A stretch of DNA of 64,000 nt from Limnochordia bacterium (lineage in GTDB: Bacteria > Bacillota > Limnochordia > DTU080), in the NCBI GenBank assembly GCA_050951545.1, contig JBMNJG010000003.1, positions 96,001-160,000 on the forward strand. The letters run 5' to 3'. Shown here piece by piece: positions 38,690 to 48,752 of the stretch (within the stretch, counting starts at the first letter, position 1; the number at the start of each line of letters is the position of its first letter). The translations under genes were made by a program, and so were the position numbers. The notes beneath the pieces were generated by a model, which saw nothing but the letters and a program-made list of their open reading frames with translations, ran no database searches and was not told the DNA's origin.

Positions 38690-39676
38690 ATGCCCCTCCC
38701 CCCGTTTATCCCTCCGATGCTCGCTACACCAGGTCCTCTGACTTACTCCAAGGAGTCTTTGTACGAGCCAAAGTGGGACGGCCTGCGTTGTCTAGCTTTC
38801 AAGGATAAGAGGCTTCGCCTCATGAGCCGTAACGGTCGGGACATGACCGCTCACTTCCCGGACCTGGCGGATCTGGCACATTGCCTTCACGGTGAACCCT
38901 GGGTCTTAGACGGAGAGCTTGTCATCTTTGACGACACCGGAAAAGCAAGCTTTGATCTGGTACGCGATCGCAATCTGACAGCTACCCCTACACGCATTAC
39001 TCATCTGGCGCAGCGCCATCCCGCAGTTCTTATTGTCTTCGATCTTCTCTACCACCGCGGGATTAGCCTGATGGACAAGATGCTGCGTGCCCGTCGCAGC
39101 TTGCTTGAGCAGCACCTAGAGCCGGGGCAACACGTGGCACTTTCACCTGCAGTGGTTGGCGCGGGGCCTGGTTTTCACCAAACAGTGGTACACCACGGAT
39201 GTGAGGGGACGATGATTAAGAGGTTAGAGAGTCCGTACGCGCCTGGATCGCGAAGCCCTTATTGGATCAAGGTCCGCAATGTCAAGGAAACCGACTGTGT
39301 GATCGGCGGCTTCGTACAAAGAGGCCCTCAGCAGCTGGCAAGTCTGCTACTCGGACAGCATCTGCTCCCTGCGAAGACACTGCACTACGTTGGCCGCGTG
39401 GGCGCGGGTTTCTCCGAGAACCAGAGCCAAACCCTTCTGAATTTTCTTTACCGCATCCTGACCCATGCGCCACCCTTCACGGCGATTGCCCCAAATCTAG
39501 CTCGCGGAGCCTCCTGGGTTCGACCCATAGTGGTCTGCCGTGTCGAGTACCTAACATGGACCGCCAAAGGCCTACTGCGCCATCCGGTCTTTCGCGGCAT
39601 CCGTACGGATAAGCCACCTCTTGAGTGCCTATTGGCGGCCGATCATCCGTCCAGCACAGGAGCCTCTTCCCTATGA
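38690..39676 (+). CDS. ligD: ATP-dependent DNA ligase (LigD ligase domain)
   Basis: YEPKWDGLR, LDGELV, EGTMIKR, YVGRVGAGF, LRHPVFRGIR. Confidence 0.92.
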   Translation: MPLPPFIPPMLATPGPLTYSKESLYEPKWDGLRCLAFKDKRLRLMSRNGRDMTAHFPDLADLAHCLHGEPWVLDGELVIFDDTGKASFDLVRDRNLTATPTRITHLAQRHPAVLIVFDLLYHRGISLMDKMLRARRSLLEQHLEPGQHVALSPAVVGAGPGFHQTVVHHGCEGTMIKRLESPYAPGSRSPYWIKVRNVKETDCVIGGFVQRGPQQLASLLLGQHLLPAKTLHYVGRVGAGFSENQSQTLLNFLYRILTHAPPFTAIAPNLARGASWVRPIVVCRVEYLTWTAKGLLRHPVFRGIRTDKPPLECLLAADHPSSTGASSL

Positions 39677-40575
39677 CCAGGTACCCCGTAAAAGTAGGTG
39701 AGCGGCATCTTGAGCTATCCAATCTTGACAAGGTACTGTGGCCAGACAAAGGCATCACCAAAGGTGATCTCATTCACTACTACGCCTCAGTGGCCGAAAG
39801 ACTTCTACCTCACCTCAGAAGACGCCCCCTTACCCTCACCCGCTATCCCGATGGGATCACGGGTGACATGTTCTACCAGAAGGACACACCCCTGCATGCC
39901 CCTGACTGGTTGCCGACATACGCCGTTGCTTCCTCAATCCCCGGGCGCATGGTGCGTTACCTCTTGGCCGAGGAAGCCGCAGCTCTTGTCTGGTTAGCCA
40001 ACCAAGCAACCATTGAGATTCACCCATGGATGTCAACCGTAGAGCATCCCGCCTATCCTGACTACGCAGTCATTGACCTCGACCCTGCCGAGGGTGCCAC
40101 GTGGGCTGATGTGGTAGAGATCGCCAGATTGGTGCGAGTTCTGCTTGAGAGGCTGGACCTTGTTGGATTCCCCAAGCTTTCGGGGGCTACAGGCATCCAC
40201 ATCTATGTCCCGCTAGCCGCTCGCTATAGCTTTGCGCAGACCAGCCAGTTTGTCGGTTTCCTAGGGAGACTCTTGGTCAAAGCCTATCCGGAAAAGGCGA
40301 CCAATGAACGTCTTGTCCAGTGTCGCAACGGGAGAGTGTATATCGATCACCTTCAGAATCTGCCTGGAAAGACCATCGTGGCACCATACGTGCCCAGACC
40401 CGTCGCTGGCGCCCCTGTCTCGGTCCCCGTCTCCTGGGCGGAGCTCGGCGAAGTGACACCTGAGCAGTTCAGTGTAGATCAACCCCAGCTTATCCTGAAA
40501 CGCCCCAAAGATCATGACGCCATGTATAGTCTCCAGCAAAGCCTCGATGCTGTACTTCCTTTGCTGAATCTGTGA
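39673..40575 (+). CDS. ligD: LigD polymerase (primase-polymerase) domain protein
   Basis: LSNLDKVLWP, RYPDGI..FYQKD, IDLDP, KLSGATGIHIYVP. Confidence 0.92.
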   Translation: MTRYPVKVGERHLELSNLDKVLWPDKGITKGDLIHYYASVAERLLPHLRRRPLTLTRYPDGITGDMFYQKDTPLHAPDWLPTYAVASSIPGRMVRYLLAEEAAALVWLANQATIEIHPWMSTVEHPAYPDYAVIDLDPAEGATWADVVEIARLVRVLLERLDLVGFPKLSGATGIHIYVPLAARYSFAQTSQFVGFLGRLLVKAYPEKATNERLVQCRNGRVYIDHLQNLPGKTIVAPYVPRPVAGAPVSVPVSWAELGEVTPEQFSVDQPQLILKRPKDHDAMYSLQQSLDAVLPLLNL

Positions 40576-40629
40576 CTGATCTGCTTTGCCAGCAGGAGAT
40601 CCACCGTCGCTTGACCTATTCTTCCTCAG

Positions 40630-40686
40630 GTACGCATGTCGACGGCCAACCACACGCGGAAATCGAGGCAACTGTGGCAGGTGTTC
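40630..40686 (+). repeat. 57-bp dispersed repeat, copy A (copy B 43222-43278; partial copy 31321-31344)
   Basis: 50/57 identity between A and B; 24 bp identical between A and the partial copy. Confidence 0.85.
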
Positions 40687-40716
40687 GCTGAATTAGCAAG
40701 GGGGTCCAATCGTCTC

Positions 40717-41157
40717 GTGCACAAGAGGGTTTCTATAGCTGTGACTCTTCTGGCGCTTCTCGCTGTGTGTACAGGTTGCCGTTCTAGCCATACAGGGAGC
40801 CATACTGTCAGATTCCGCGGATACGACGCCTACGTCTACCGTGGCGAATCGTCCGCACAGGCAGACTACATCCGTTTCCGTCAAGCGGATGGAGTTGAGG
40901 AGTTTGAAATCGTACTGCCCCGCCAACTCCCCCGTCTCGTGGTGGAGTTTCGAGCAGCAGTGAAGGCAGGAAAGATCGTCTTTAGGATCATCAACCCTGA
41001 AGGGAAGGCGATCATCGGGGGTTACACAGACTCGGAAGGTCACCTTAAGCTCTATCACTCTTTACGCGTCCCACCGGGCACCTATACCGTGAGGACTGAA
41101 TACCAGCAAGCCCGGCGGGGGGAAATCAGCTATACGCTCTATGGCTATCACCGATAG
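40717..41157 (+). CDS. hypothetical lipoprotein/secreted protein
   Basis: Basic-hydrophobic signal peptide ending in a lipobox-like VCTGC; start approximate. Confidence 0.6.
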   Translation: MHKRVSIAVTLLALLAVCTGCRSSHTGSHTVRFRGYDAYVYRGESSAQADYIRFRQADGVEEFEIVLPRQLPRLVVEFRAAVKAGKIVFRIINPEGKAIIGGYTDSEGHLKLYHSLRVPPGTYTVRTEYQQARRGEISYTLYGYHR

Positions 41158-41182
41158 CCGCCACTCCCTACGTTGCAGGCTA

Positions 41183-43096
41183 TTACTGCACCTGGTAGCG
41201 ATATACTGCATAGGAGAAGGGGTCTGGCAAGGAGAAGACCGCTTCTCCGTGTGTATCGACATGGATACTCCTTTGCACGCCCCTACCCAAAACGGGCTTG
41301 AGTATCACTTCACAATCGGCCAGTTCCCACAGTTGGAGGCGGTGAGAACTAGCCGGATGCAGCTCCCGATAAAGAACTAGGTAGCCAGAAGACACTGATG
41401 CCATGGACTGAAACCCGGTCCACCTAGTGCCGTTAGGCTCCTGGCCTATCGGAAGCACCGTTCCTTGAAGCAGCTCCTCTTGAAAAGAGCGATAGGTGCT
41501 TACCAACGCGCCTAACTCCAGCTGCTCTTGCGGATCCATGTCGGAAGGATGCATCCAGATCAGTGGGTTTGAGCACATCGTCACCGCAAAAGCATAGGCC
41601 TGGCCACAGACTGCGGGCGCCAATGGGTCATTGGCATACTTCTCCTGGTTGCGGAGCACGTTTGGCACTTCCATGAGAAGGTAGCGAGTAGGAAGAAACC
41701 GCGCCAGTGTCCATAGGTTACGCAGTACGCGATGTGGATGGTAGTTTGCCCAATCGGTATAGCGGTTTTCCAGGAAGTACGTGCCATAGTGAGCTCTGCC
41801 GAAGAAGCCCAGACGAGTGCCGTTTGTAATGTCCAGGTTGAATGCCACATTGCCACCTGATTCGGCAATCACTCGACGCAGCATGCATACTAGCCTCTCC
41901 TCGGCCAACTTGTTTGGAAGCTTCACATCATCGATTTTAAAATGAGTCACGCCCTCATTACGGTACAGGCCCAGCAGTATCTCTGCATCATCATTCCAGT
42001 ATGCATAATCGTCTTTCTTTGTAGGCACGAACCATAGTCCCAGCTTCATACCTAACGACGAAGCCAAATGCTTGATGGGCTGCAGACCTCGGGGGAAGCG
42101 AACAGGGTCAACCTCCCATGTGCCACGGCGGTACCAACCAGCATCGATCTGGTACACATTGACACCTAGACGCGCCGCATGAGGCAGGTCGTGCATGATA
42201 AACTCCTCATTTATCCGCGTGTCTTGCGTGCGATCTCCCCATGTGTTGCTCATGACGCAGATCTCTCGACTCGGCTCAAAGCAACGTACAGAGCGATGAT
42301 ACCTATGCAGAGCCTGCAGTGCACCAGCTTCACCGCCCTGGCTCACGCCAACGGCCACGCCATAGGAAGAAACAGGTTGGCCCGCTCTGCAATCACCTGC
42401 GGTAAGCCCGCTTCCACACACATGAACGGAAAAGGCGTTGATGGCAAAGTCGTGTCCAGGGTACGAGAGATGTCCCAGTGGTGTAGGTGCTTCCTTTACC
42501 ACGATCAGGCTATTGTGATCCAAAGAGTCCTCCATGAAGAGCAAGTTGCCCTGTGCAGTACGTGCTTCGCCGCTGTAGAGGAGTCCGTGTTCCTCTTTGA
42601 GCAGATTGTCCCAGTGATCCGTACGGTCGCGAAGCATGACACTGCGCCACTCGACATGGGTAGGCGCAAGCGCAAACCTGTCAAGAATGCCTGGGTCTGC
42701 CAGTGTAGCTAAGTCCGCAGCCACCGAGTCTGGCGCCGTTGCGCCGGGTCTGATCTCCCACGAGCTACGGATAAACGCTGCAGAAGGGTAAATACAGTGA
42801 ACCCAAACGACATCACCCCATGGATGGGCAAAGACGACTCTAATGCGTACGGCCTCTTCGCCTAACCCTAGGTCGTCGTCACGATCGATATCGACCTGGC
42901 CCGTGAACAAACCCTTCAGCGGATAGGGTTCTGCTTGCGTTACATTTAGCCATTGCTTACCGCTTATCTTGTCGATAATGTGTGTAGCCGCAGGCAACCC
43001 AGCCACAAAGGACCACTTGCGCTCGATGTACCCGTTGCCAATCGCTAAGGAATCCGTATCGCTCTGCACATAGCATGAACCCACATTTGTGTACAC
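41183..43096 (-). CDS. alpha-galactosidase-like glycoside hydrolase (GH36/clan D)
   Basis: SNTWGD, QIDAGW, RFPRGL, KLGLWF, FKIDD; AAGGAG RBS before GTG 43096. Confidence 0.85.
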   Translation of the reverse strand: MYTNVGSCYVQSDTDSLAIGNGYIERKWSFVAGLPAATHIIDKISGKQWLNVTQAEPYPLKGLFTGQVDIDRDDDLGLGEEAVRIRVVFAHPWGDVVWVHCIYPSAAFIRSSWEIRPGATAPDSVAADLATLADPGILDRFALAPTHVEWRSVMLRDRTDHWDNLLKEEHGLLYSGEARTAQGNLLFMEDSLDHNSLIVVKEAPTPLGHLSYPGHDFAINAFSVHVCGSGLTAGDCRAGQPVSSYGVAVGVSQGGEAGALQALHRYHRSVRCFEPSREICVMSNTWGDRTQDTRINEEFIMHDLPHAARLGVNVYQIDAGWYRRGTWEVDPVRFPRGLQPIKHLASSLGMKLGLWFVPTKKDDYAYWNDDAEILLGLYRNEGVTHFKIDDVKLPNKLAEERLVCMLRRVIAESGGNVAFNLDITNGTRLGFFGRAHYGTYFLENRYTDWANYHPHRVLRNLWTLARFLPTRYLLMEVPNVLRNQEKYANDPLAPAVCGQAYAFAVTMCSNPLIWMHPSDMDPQEQLELGALVSTYRSFQEELLQGTVLPIGQEPNGTRWTGFQSMASVSSGYLVLYRELHPASSHRLQLWELADCEVILKPVLGRGVQRSIHVDTHGEAVFSLPDPFSYAVYRYQVQ

Positions 43097-43221
43097 GGCG
43101 ATCTCCTTACCCTCTGGGTATTGGCTCTCACTTCCACGTCTAGCATCATAGCCCTGCCATACGCTCATGGCGATCATTGATAGAGAAGAAGCTGCGTAAG
43201 TGTAGACATGTGCTCCGTTGA

Positions 43222-43278
43222 GTACGCGTGTCGGCGGCCAACCACACGCGGAAGTCGAGGCGGCCGCGGCAGGTGTTC
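43222..43278 (+). repeat. 57-bp dispersed repeat, copy B
   Basis: Matches 40630-40686; CGCGTGT...ACACGCG stem. Confidence 0.85.
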
Positions 43279-43388
43279 TCCGCAGCGTATACCATGGGTA
43301 GGAAGCTTGTGTCGCAAGCGGCGAACACTGAGGGCAGCCTCCGACATGCCCGCACAGCATAACACGATTTCCTAGGGGGGCTATACGT

Positions 43389-44087
43389 ATGCGGCTGGTC
43401 CTATGGTGGGCGGGCCCGCACAAGCCTGCGACGAAAACAGCCTTCTGTATCGTCATAGGCATGATAATGGTGGTAGTCGCTTTTTCTCTCACTCAGCGCT
43501 TGTGGCCTATGGTCTGGCCGGTTCTATCGATAGCCATTGACGCCGGACACGGAGGCATTGATCCGGGAGCCGTCGGCCCACACGGTCTCAAAGAGAAGGT
43601 GGTTACCCTCGATGTAGCCCTCCGCGTGCAGGCACTGCTTCACGCAGCGGGCGAGCCAGCTTTTCTGACGCGTGAGGATGACGGGAGGCTGGGAACCTCC
43701 CAGGGCAGGGATCTGCGAGCACGCGTGCGAGTAGCCCATGATCAGCAAGTCGATATACTGGTAAGCATTCACTGCAACAGCTTCCACTCGCACGCCGCAA
43801 AAGGTCCGCGCACCTACTATCAGCCTGGTTCGCAGCAAGGCCAACTTCTGGCCACGTTCATTCAAGATAACCTGCGCTCTGCTGTAGGCTATGGTGCAGC
43901 AAAGCCAACGCCAGAAGACCACCTGATTACCCGGGAAAGCAAGATGGTAGCGGTTATCGTGGAGTTGGCTTATATCAGTAACCCCGATGAAGAGCAGCTT
44001 CTTCGCACCCCCGCCTTCCGCAGGAGAGTGGCAGAGGCAGTGGCAAAAGGAATCCTGATGTACCGGGACGCTAGTCAACCGAGCTAA
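43389..44087 (+). CDS. N-acetylmuramoyl-L-alanine amidase (Amidase_3, CwlD-like)
   Basis: IDAGHGGIDPGA, EK, SIHCNS, VELAYISN. Confidence 0.93.
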   Translation: MRLVLWWAGPHKPATKTAFCIVIGMIMVVVAFSLTQRLWPMVWPVLSIAIDAGHGGIDPGAVGPHGLKEKVVTLDVALRVQALLHAAGEPAFLTREDDGRLGTSQGRDLRARVRVAHDQQVDILVSIHCNSFHSHAAKGPRTYYQPGSQQGQLLATFIQDNLRSAVGYGAAKPTPEDHLITRESKMVAVIVELAYISNPDEEQLLRTPAFRRRVAEAVAKGILMYRDASQPS

Positions 44088-44499
44088 CTGCGGCCTCCCC
44101 GAGTGTTTCGTCAATCAACTGAAGCAGCCGTGACGTTTCGGCCTCGCCCTGATCGAGAAGCGATGAGAACTCCTGTAAGAGCGTACGCATGCGACGGTGA
44201 AAACCCATTGTCTCCTGACGAATGGCCGCCAGACGCGCCTCCTCTTCGGTAGCCTGCTCCCGCGCCGCGGTCACGATCACCTCGGCTTGCTGGCGCGCTT
44301 GCTCCAGCGTCTGTTCAGCTGTTTCGGATACCTGGGCTGGCTGCGGTACAGCCTCGCCCCCCTTGAGCTTGGCATTCTCGCGGACGAGCTCTTCGTACTC
44401 GCCTATGAGACGGCGTATGAACTCGTCAACCTGAGCACGGTTGTAGCCACGCAATGCAGGTTCAAACTGCACGCGCAGAAGATCACGCGGTGTAAGCAA
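44071..44499 (-). CDS. divIVA: DivIVA domain protein
   Basis: LTPRDL...F...LRGYNRAQVDEF followed by coiled coil; end of the ylm cluster. Confidence 0.88.
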   Translation of the reverse strand: MLTPRDLLRVQFEPALRGYNRAQVDEFIRRLIGEYEELVRENAKLKGGEAVPQPAQVSETAEQTLEQARQQAEVIVTAAREQATEEEARLAAIRQETMGFHRRMRTLLQEFSSLLDQGEAETSRLLQLIDETLGEAAVSSVD

Positions 44500-44596
44500 G
44501 AGGCATCCTCCTCCATGTGGAAATCGACTGTGCTTAGATACATGAGCACCTCTCTACTGATGAATGATGGCTCAATCATGCGGCGGAGATGCCCTA

Positions 44597-45394
44597 CTAG
44601 AACGCTCGTTTCAGTAACAGGGCGATGCGCCCTTTGCGAGTGGTACCTGTCACCTGATCAACAGAAACCCGTCCTCTTCCACGCATAGAGATCACATCGC
44701 CCTCAGCCACTGCATGCGCTGGATCAGTAACCACCTTCCAGTTCAACTTCAGCCGCTCTGCTCGAATCTCACGGACCATCTTGGTGCGCGACATGCTGAA
44801 CCCGAAAGCCGCTACGGCATCCAGGCGCATCGAAGCTACGGTAGTACGCAACTCCTTGACTCTCTGCGGTGCTACGGCCAACTGCTCCAGATCTATCTCG
44901 CCTACCTGCACTGAAGCCTGGCCAACCTGCCGTAGCTCCGCAAGAACGGCTCTAAGAGCGGTCTCTGATACGATCACCTGGCAACCGCTCTCTTGCAGCA
45001 GAATATCACCTACCTGGCCTCGATCAAGGCCTGTGCCCAATATGGCGCCGAGATAATCCCCATGCCCTAGCTCTTGATTCTGGCCACCAATCTTTACCTC
45101 GAGCGCTCGAAGAGGAGGCTCCAAGAGTTCAATCAAGTAGTGCTCAGGGTAGACAAGCAGTCGCTGCCGCTCAGCCTCGGCATATCCCCCATACGCTCGC
45201 TTGGCGACAGGCATGGCCCCTAGAACACCCAGGGCTATCTGACGTGCATGCGGATCGAGGAAATCAGTGGCCACCGGGCAATCCTGCGTCAGACTTTGCG
45301 TAGCCGTGTCGATGATCCGCGCCCCAAGCAAGCGTTCCTCTTTGCCCTCCAAGTGAGCGAGCAAGCGCCCCTTGTCGTGCATCACTGCTACCAC
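44597..45394 (-). CDS. ylmH: YlmH/Sll1252 family S4-domain RNA-binding protein
   Basis: TDFLDP, HGDYLGAILG, SMRLDAV, GDVISMRGRGR. Confidence 0.9.
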   Translation of the reverse strand: MVAVMHDKGRLLAHLEGKEERLLGARIIDTATQSLTQDCPVATDFLDPHARQIALGVLGAMPVAKRAYGGYAEAERQRLLVYPEHYLIELLEPPLRALEVKIGGQNQELGHGDYLGAILGTGLDRGQVGDILLQESGCQVIVSETALRAVLAELRQVGQASVQVGEIDLEQLAVAPQRVKELRTTVASMRLDAVAAFGFSMSRTKMVREIRAERLKLNWKVVTDPAHAVAEGDVISMRGRGRVSVDQVTGTTRKGRIALLLKRAF

Positions 45395-45415
45395 GCCCCT
45401 TTGTAGCCCACAGAC

Positions 45416-45676
45416 CTACAGACCAATCCTAATGAGGTTGATCACTAGGAACCGACGCAACCAGCCTAGCACCAGAAAAACGAGAATCGGTGAGAAGTCG
45501 ATAACCCCTACGCTCGGGATGGCACGGCGAGCTGGTTCCAGCACGGGATCCGTCACTCGTACCACAAAACGAACCGCCGGATGATAGGGGGACGGCCGAA
45601 TCCACGACAAAATCAAACGTATGAGAATGAGCCACTCGTACACTGTGAATAACGTCGCCACGAGCTGATGTAGCAC
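45416..45676 (-). CDS. ylmG: YggT family membrane protein
   Basis: ILSWI..TDPVLEPARRAIP..IDFSPI. Confidence 0.92.
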   Translation of the reverse strand: MLHQLVATLFTVYEWLILIRLILSWIRPSPYHPAVRFVVRVTDPVLEPARRAIPSVGVIDFSPILVFLVLGWLRRFLVINLIRIGL

Positions 45677-45688
45677 AGGCTTCGCCCC

Positions 45689-46549
45689 TTAGTCGTTATC
45701 TCTCAGACGCGAACGGCGGGCCTGCATTACCGCCAAGCCCAGCTCCTCTGATCGAGCTGCAGCAGCCAACACGGCTTCGATTAGCTGAGCCCGCAGGGCC
45801 CCCTTTTCCAGAACCCGAACCCCTGCTGCAGTGGTGCCAGCCGGAGAGGTGACCGCCTCGCGCAACCGTGCCGGATGCTCCTTGGTTTCGAGGACCATCT
45901 GTGCCGCCCCCAAAACGGTCTGAGCAGACAACTCCAGTGCCACGTCTCGGGGCAGACCAGCGGCTACTCCCCCTTCTGCCAGCGCTTCTATCATCAAATA
46001 GACGTAGGCCGGACCCGATCCGGAGAGTCCGGTAACGGCATCCAAAAGGCTTTCGTCTAGCACGAAGGCCCTCCCAACAGTCCGAAAGAGTTTCAGTACC
46101 AGCTCAGTCTGGGCAGCCCTGGCTCGCTTGCCAGGGCTTAGCGCGGCTGCCGAACACCCAACAAGGCAAGGTGTATTCGGCATGACGCGGACCACAGCCG
46201 TGTCAGCACCCAGTCCCTCTTCCAGCAGTGCCAAGGGTACACCAGCAGCAATGGATACCACGAGAGTATCGGGGCTTAGCCCTGCACGGATATCAGGAAG
46301 CACATCCATCACGTGCTGTGGCTTGACCGCCACCAACACTACCTGCGCTCGCGCCACCCCAGCAGAAACGGAATCGCTGCTACGCACGCCCAGCTCCTCT
46401 TCAAGGGCCTGACGTCTGGCCGGGAGTATGTCGACCGCTACGACGCTTTCCGCCTTGAGCAGGCCCGCTCTTAGCCAGGCTCTAAGCAGGGCACTCGCCA
46501 TCGCCCCCGCACCCACACTTGCCAGCGAAGGGATCGGTATCTGGGTCAC
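45689..46549 (-). CDS. proC: pyrroline-5-carboxylate reductase
   Basis: GAGAMA, LVAVKPQ, RVMPNTP, GLSGSGPAY, VTSPAGTT. Confidence 0.96.
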   Translation of the reverse strand: MTQIPIPSLASVGAGAMASALLRAWLRAGLLKAESVVAVDILPARRQALEEELGVRSSDSVSAGVARAQVVLVAVKPQHVMDVLPDIRAGLSPDTLVVSIAAGVPLALLEEGLGADTAVVRVMPNTPCLVGCSAAALSPGKRARAAQTELVLKLFRTVGRAFVLDESLLDAVTGLSGSGPAYVYLMIEALAEGGVAAGLPRDVALELSAQTVLGAAQMVLETKEHPARLREAVTSPAGTTAAGVRVLEKGALRAQLIEAVLAAAARSEELGLAVMQARRSRLRDND

Positions 46550-47019
46550 TATGATTCGTCCTCCTCCCACTGCCGTCTGATGAACGCCTCGATCACCACA
46601 TTGCTTGGAGCAAAAACGAAGATGCCGTCGCCGACGCGCTGCACCTGGCCATCGATAGCATAGGTGGTACCGCTGACAAAATCGATCACGCGCCTGGAGA
46701 GCTCTTTATCAAGTGCTTCCACTGACACGATCACTGGCCGTCGCTGCTTCAGATGATCACAGATAACCTGAACGTCGTCAAACGAGTGTGGCTCCAAGAC
46801 TGCCATCCGCCACTTGCTAGTGGGGACGGCCGAGACAGGTGCACCTGTCCCAGGCTCAGGCTGCGCCCCTGATTTCGCGGGGAAGCTGACCAACCTACCA
46901 CGCCGAGTGCGCCCTGGGGTCTCTGTTTCCGCGTCCGTCTCGGATGGTAGATCCTGTTCGTCCTCTTCATCCTGAATGCCCATGAAATCGAGGACTCTGT
47001 CCAAGAAGCGATCACTCAT
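46549..47019 (-). CDS. sepF: cell division protein SepF
   Basis: EPHSFDDV, RRVIDFVSGTTYAIDG. Confidence 0.94.
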   Translation of the reverse strand: MSDRFLDRVLDFMGIQDEEDEQDLPSETDAETETPGRTRRGRLVSFPAKSGAQPEPGTGAPVSAVPTSKWRMAVLEPHSFDDVQVICDHLKQRRPVIVSVEALDKELSRRVIDFVSGTTYAIDGQVQRVGDGIFVFAPSNVVIEAFIRRQWEEDES

Positions 47020-47043
47020 ATTCCTCTACCCCCCGGCTACCAT

Positions 47044-47739
47044 CTAGGTCCGTCGTGGTCCAAAAACCGCCGAGCCCAACCGTACTAAGTCCGCTCCTTC
47101 TTCAATCGCCACCTCAAAATCACTGGTCATCCCCATCGACAGATGCTTTGGATCAATCCCAGGAAGGTTCATGTCTCGAAGACGACACGCCAGAAGCCGC
47201 AGCTCGCGAAACACCGGGCGCACATCCTCAGGGTCATCAACCCAAGGTGCCACAGTCATCAGCCCAGCCAACTGCAGACCCTTTTCGCTCATCTGTCGAG
47301 CGAGTTCGGGGGCTTCCTCAACACTCACCCCATGCTTTGTGGCCTCGTCAGCCACATTCACCTGCATCAGTAGCGATCTACCGACAGGAACCGCTCTAGC
47401 CAGAGCATGGACCAGACGAGGCCTATCAACTGAGTGGATGCAATCGAACAAAGAGAGCGCTCTCCTCACCTTATTCGTCTGAAGGGTACCGATGAAGTGC
47501 CACTTTCCTATGTCAGGTAGCTGTGCGATTTTGGATTCGGCCTCTTGCACTCGGTTCTCACCGAAATCGGTGACTCCACATGCGGCGGCGGCTTGCACTA
47601 ACTCGACGGGCACCGTCTTCGTTACCGCGACAAGCGTTACCTCCTCTGAGGAACGCCCCACCCTCTCACAGGCCTGGGTTATGCGTTCCCGGACCGCCTG
47701 AACGTTCTCAGCTATGAACTGCAAGCATAAGTCCTCCAT
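47044..47739 (-). CDS. YggS family pyridoxal phosphate homeostasis protein
   Basis: LVAVTKT, FGENRVQE, WHFIGTLQTNK, LSMGMTSDF. Confidence 0.96.
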   Translation of the reverse strand: MEDLCLQFIAENVQAVRERITQACERVGRSSEEVTLVAVTKTVPVELVQAAAACGVTDFGENRVQEAESKIAQLPDIGKWHFIGTLQTNKVRRALSLFDCIHSVDRPRLVHALARAVPVGRSLLMQVNVADEATKHGVSVEEAPELARQMSEKGLQLAGLMTVAPWVDDPEDVRPVFRELRLLACRLRDMNLPGIDPKHLSMGMTSDFEVAIEEGADLVRLGSAVFGPRRT

Positions 47740-47798
47740 CCATACCAGTTTCTTCGGGCTGAAACCGCCATTCCGAGCAACTGGATCAGCCTGTACAG

Positions 47799-48707
47799 CT
47801 ATTTGCGGTATCTTCGGGGCAAAGCGCGAGGATTGGTGACCACGCGTGCCCCCACAGGTACACCCGTCACCAGGGCCGATTCCTCGTTAGCTGCCAATAC
47901 GTCTAAGCGGCGGTAGAGCGGGCTCTTTTCCACAAGCATAAACACCCCACGGCGGCCGTTCTCCTCGGGCACCAGGCTCGCGACAGGCACAACCACGCCT
48001 TCGCGTCGATCTGCGACCAATCTGACGTCAAACGACCGTATGTATAGGCACTCAGCCGGAAGATGATCTCCTGTCAATTGCGCGAGTAGCTTGTCCTCGC
48101 GCTCCTCAGCCCTGTCGACCCGCATCTGCACTTCCCCTGTGGCAAACCGAACCACAACGCTTCGGCCAGTCGGCAGAGGCTGCGCTCCACGTACTGCCAC
48201 GTATAGGTGCCAAGAGAAATCATCGACGAGACGAAACAGGGGTGTACCGAGGCTTACCTGCTCCCCGTCAGCCAAAACCCGTGCTGGTTCCTCCCTCTTG
48301 GGTACAGTTACACCATGCAAGAACGAATCAGCTGACGCTGTTTCCTCTAAGCCATCCAAGGAGAAGCTGACCACCCCAGGCGAGGGAGCCCGCACGTTGG
48401 AGGAGCCAATCTGGCACACAGCAACGCCAGCTCGGACTCGGGCTCCTTCAGGAACAAGCAGTTTGACACGGCCCTCAGCAGGAGCACGTTCCACGGTCTC
48501 CTTGCGCACTGCGAAGGCACTCCCTGTCCACTGCTGTTCAACGACATCCCAACGAGCCACTGTGGTACGCAAGCGCAACGGCAGCATTAGTCCACTTGCT
48601 TTTACCAAGACAAACCAAACAATGATGACGGCTAAACCCAGGATAGCCACCATGATTGGCGAAAACCGCCGTCGAATCCGACGTCGCGGGGGGATTGGCT
48701 GCCCCAT
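47799..48707 (-). CDS. HlyD-like membrane fusion/adaptor protein
   Basis: N-terminal TM, lipoyl-like hairpin (APAEG...EGARV; APSPGVVSFSLDGLE); usual position upstream of yggS. Confidence 0.75.
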   Translation of the reverse strand: MGQPIPPRRRIRRRFSPIMVAILGLAVIIVWFVLVKASGLMLPLRLRTTVARWDVVEQQWTGSAFAVRKETVERAPAEGRVKLLVPEGARVRAGVAVCQIGSSNVRAPSPGVVSFSLDGLEETASADSFLHGVTVPKREEPARVLADGEQVSLGTPLFRLVDDFSWHLYVAVRGAQPLPTGRSVVVRFATGEVQMRVDRAEEREDKLLAQLTGDHLPAECLYIRSFDVRLVADRREGVVVPVASLVPEENGRRGVFMLVEKSPLYRRLDVLAANEESALVTGVPVGARVVTNPRALPRRYRK

Positions 48708-48752
48708 GGTTTCCCTATCTCCTACTGCAGTGTCAATGTCAGAACCGAGATC

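Noticed and set aside
43097-43492. N-terminal 132 aa of the 769-aa ORF
   Set aside because: Overlaps the divergent amidase and the intergenic repeat; the RBS supports a start at 43096
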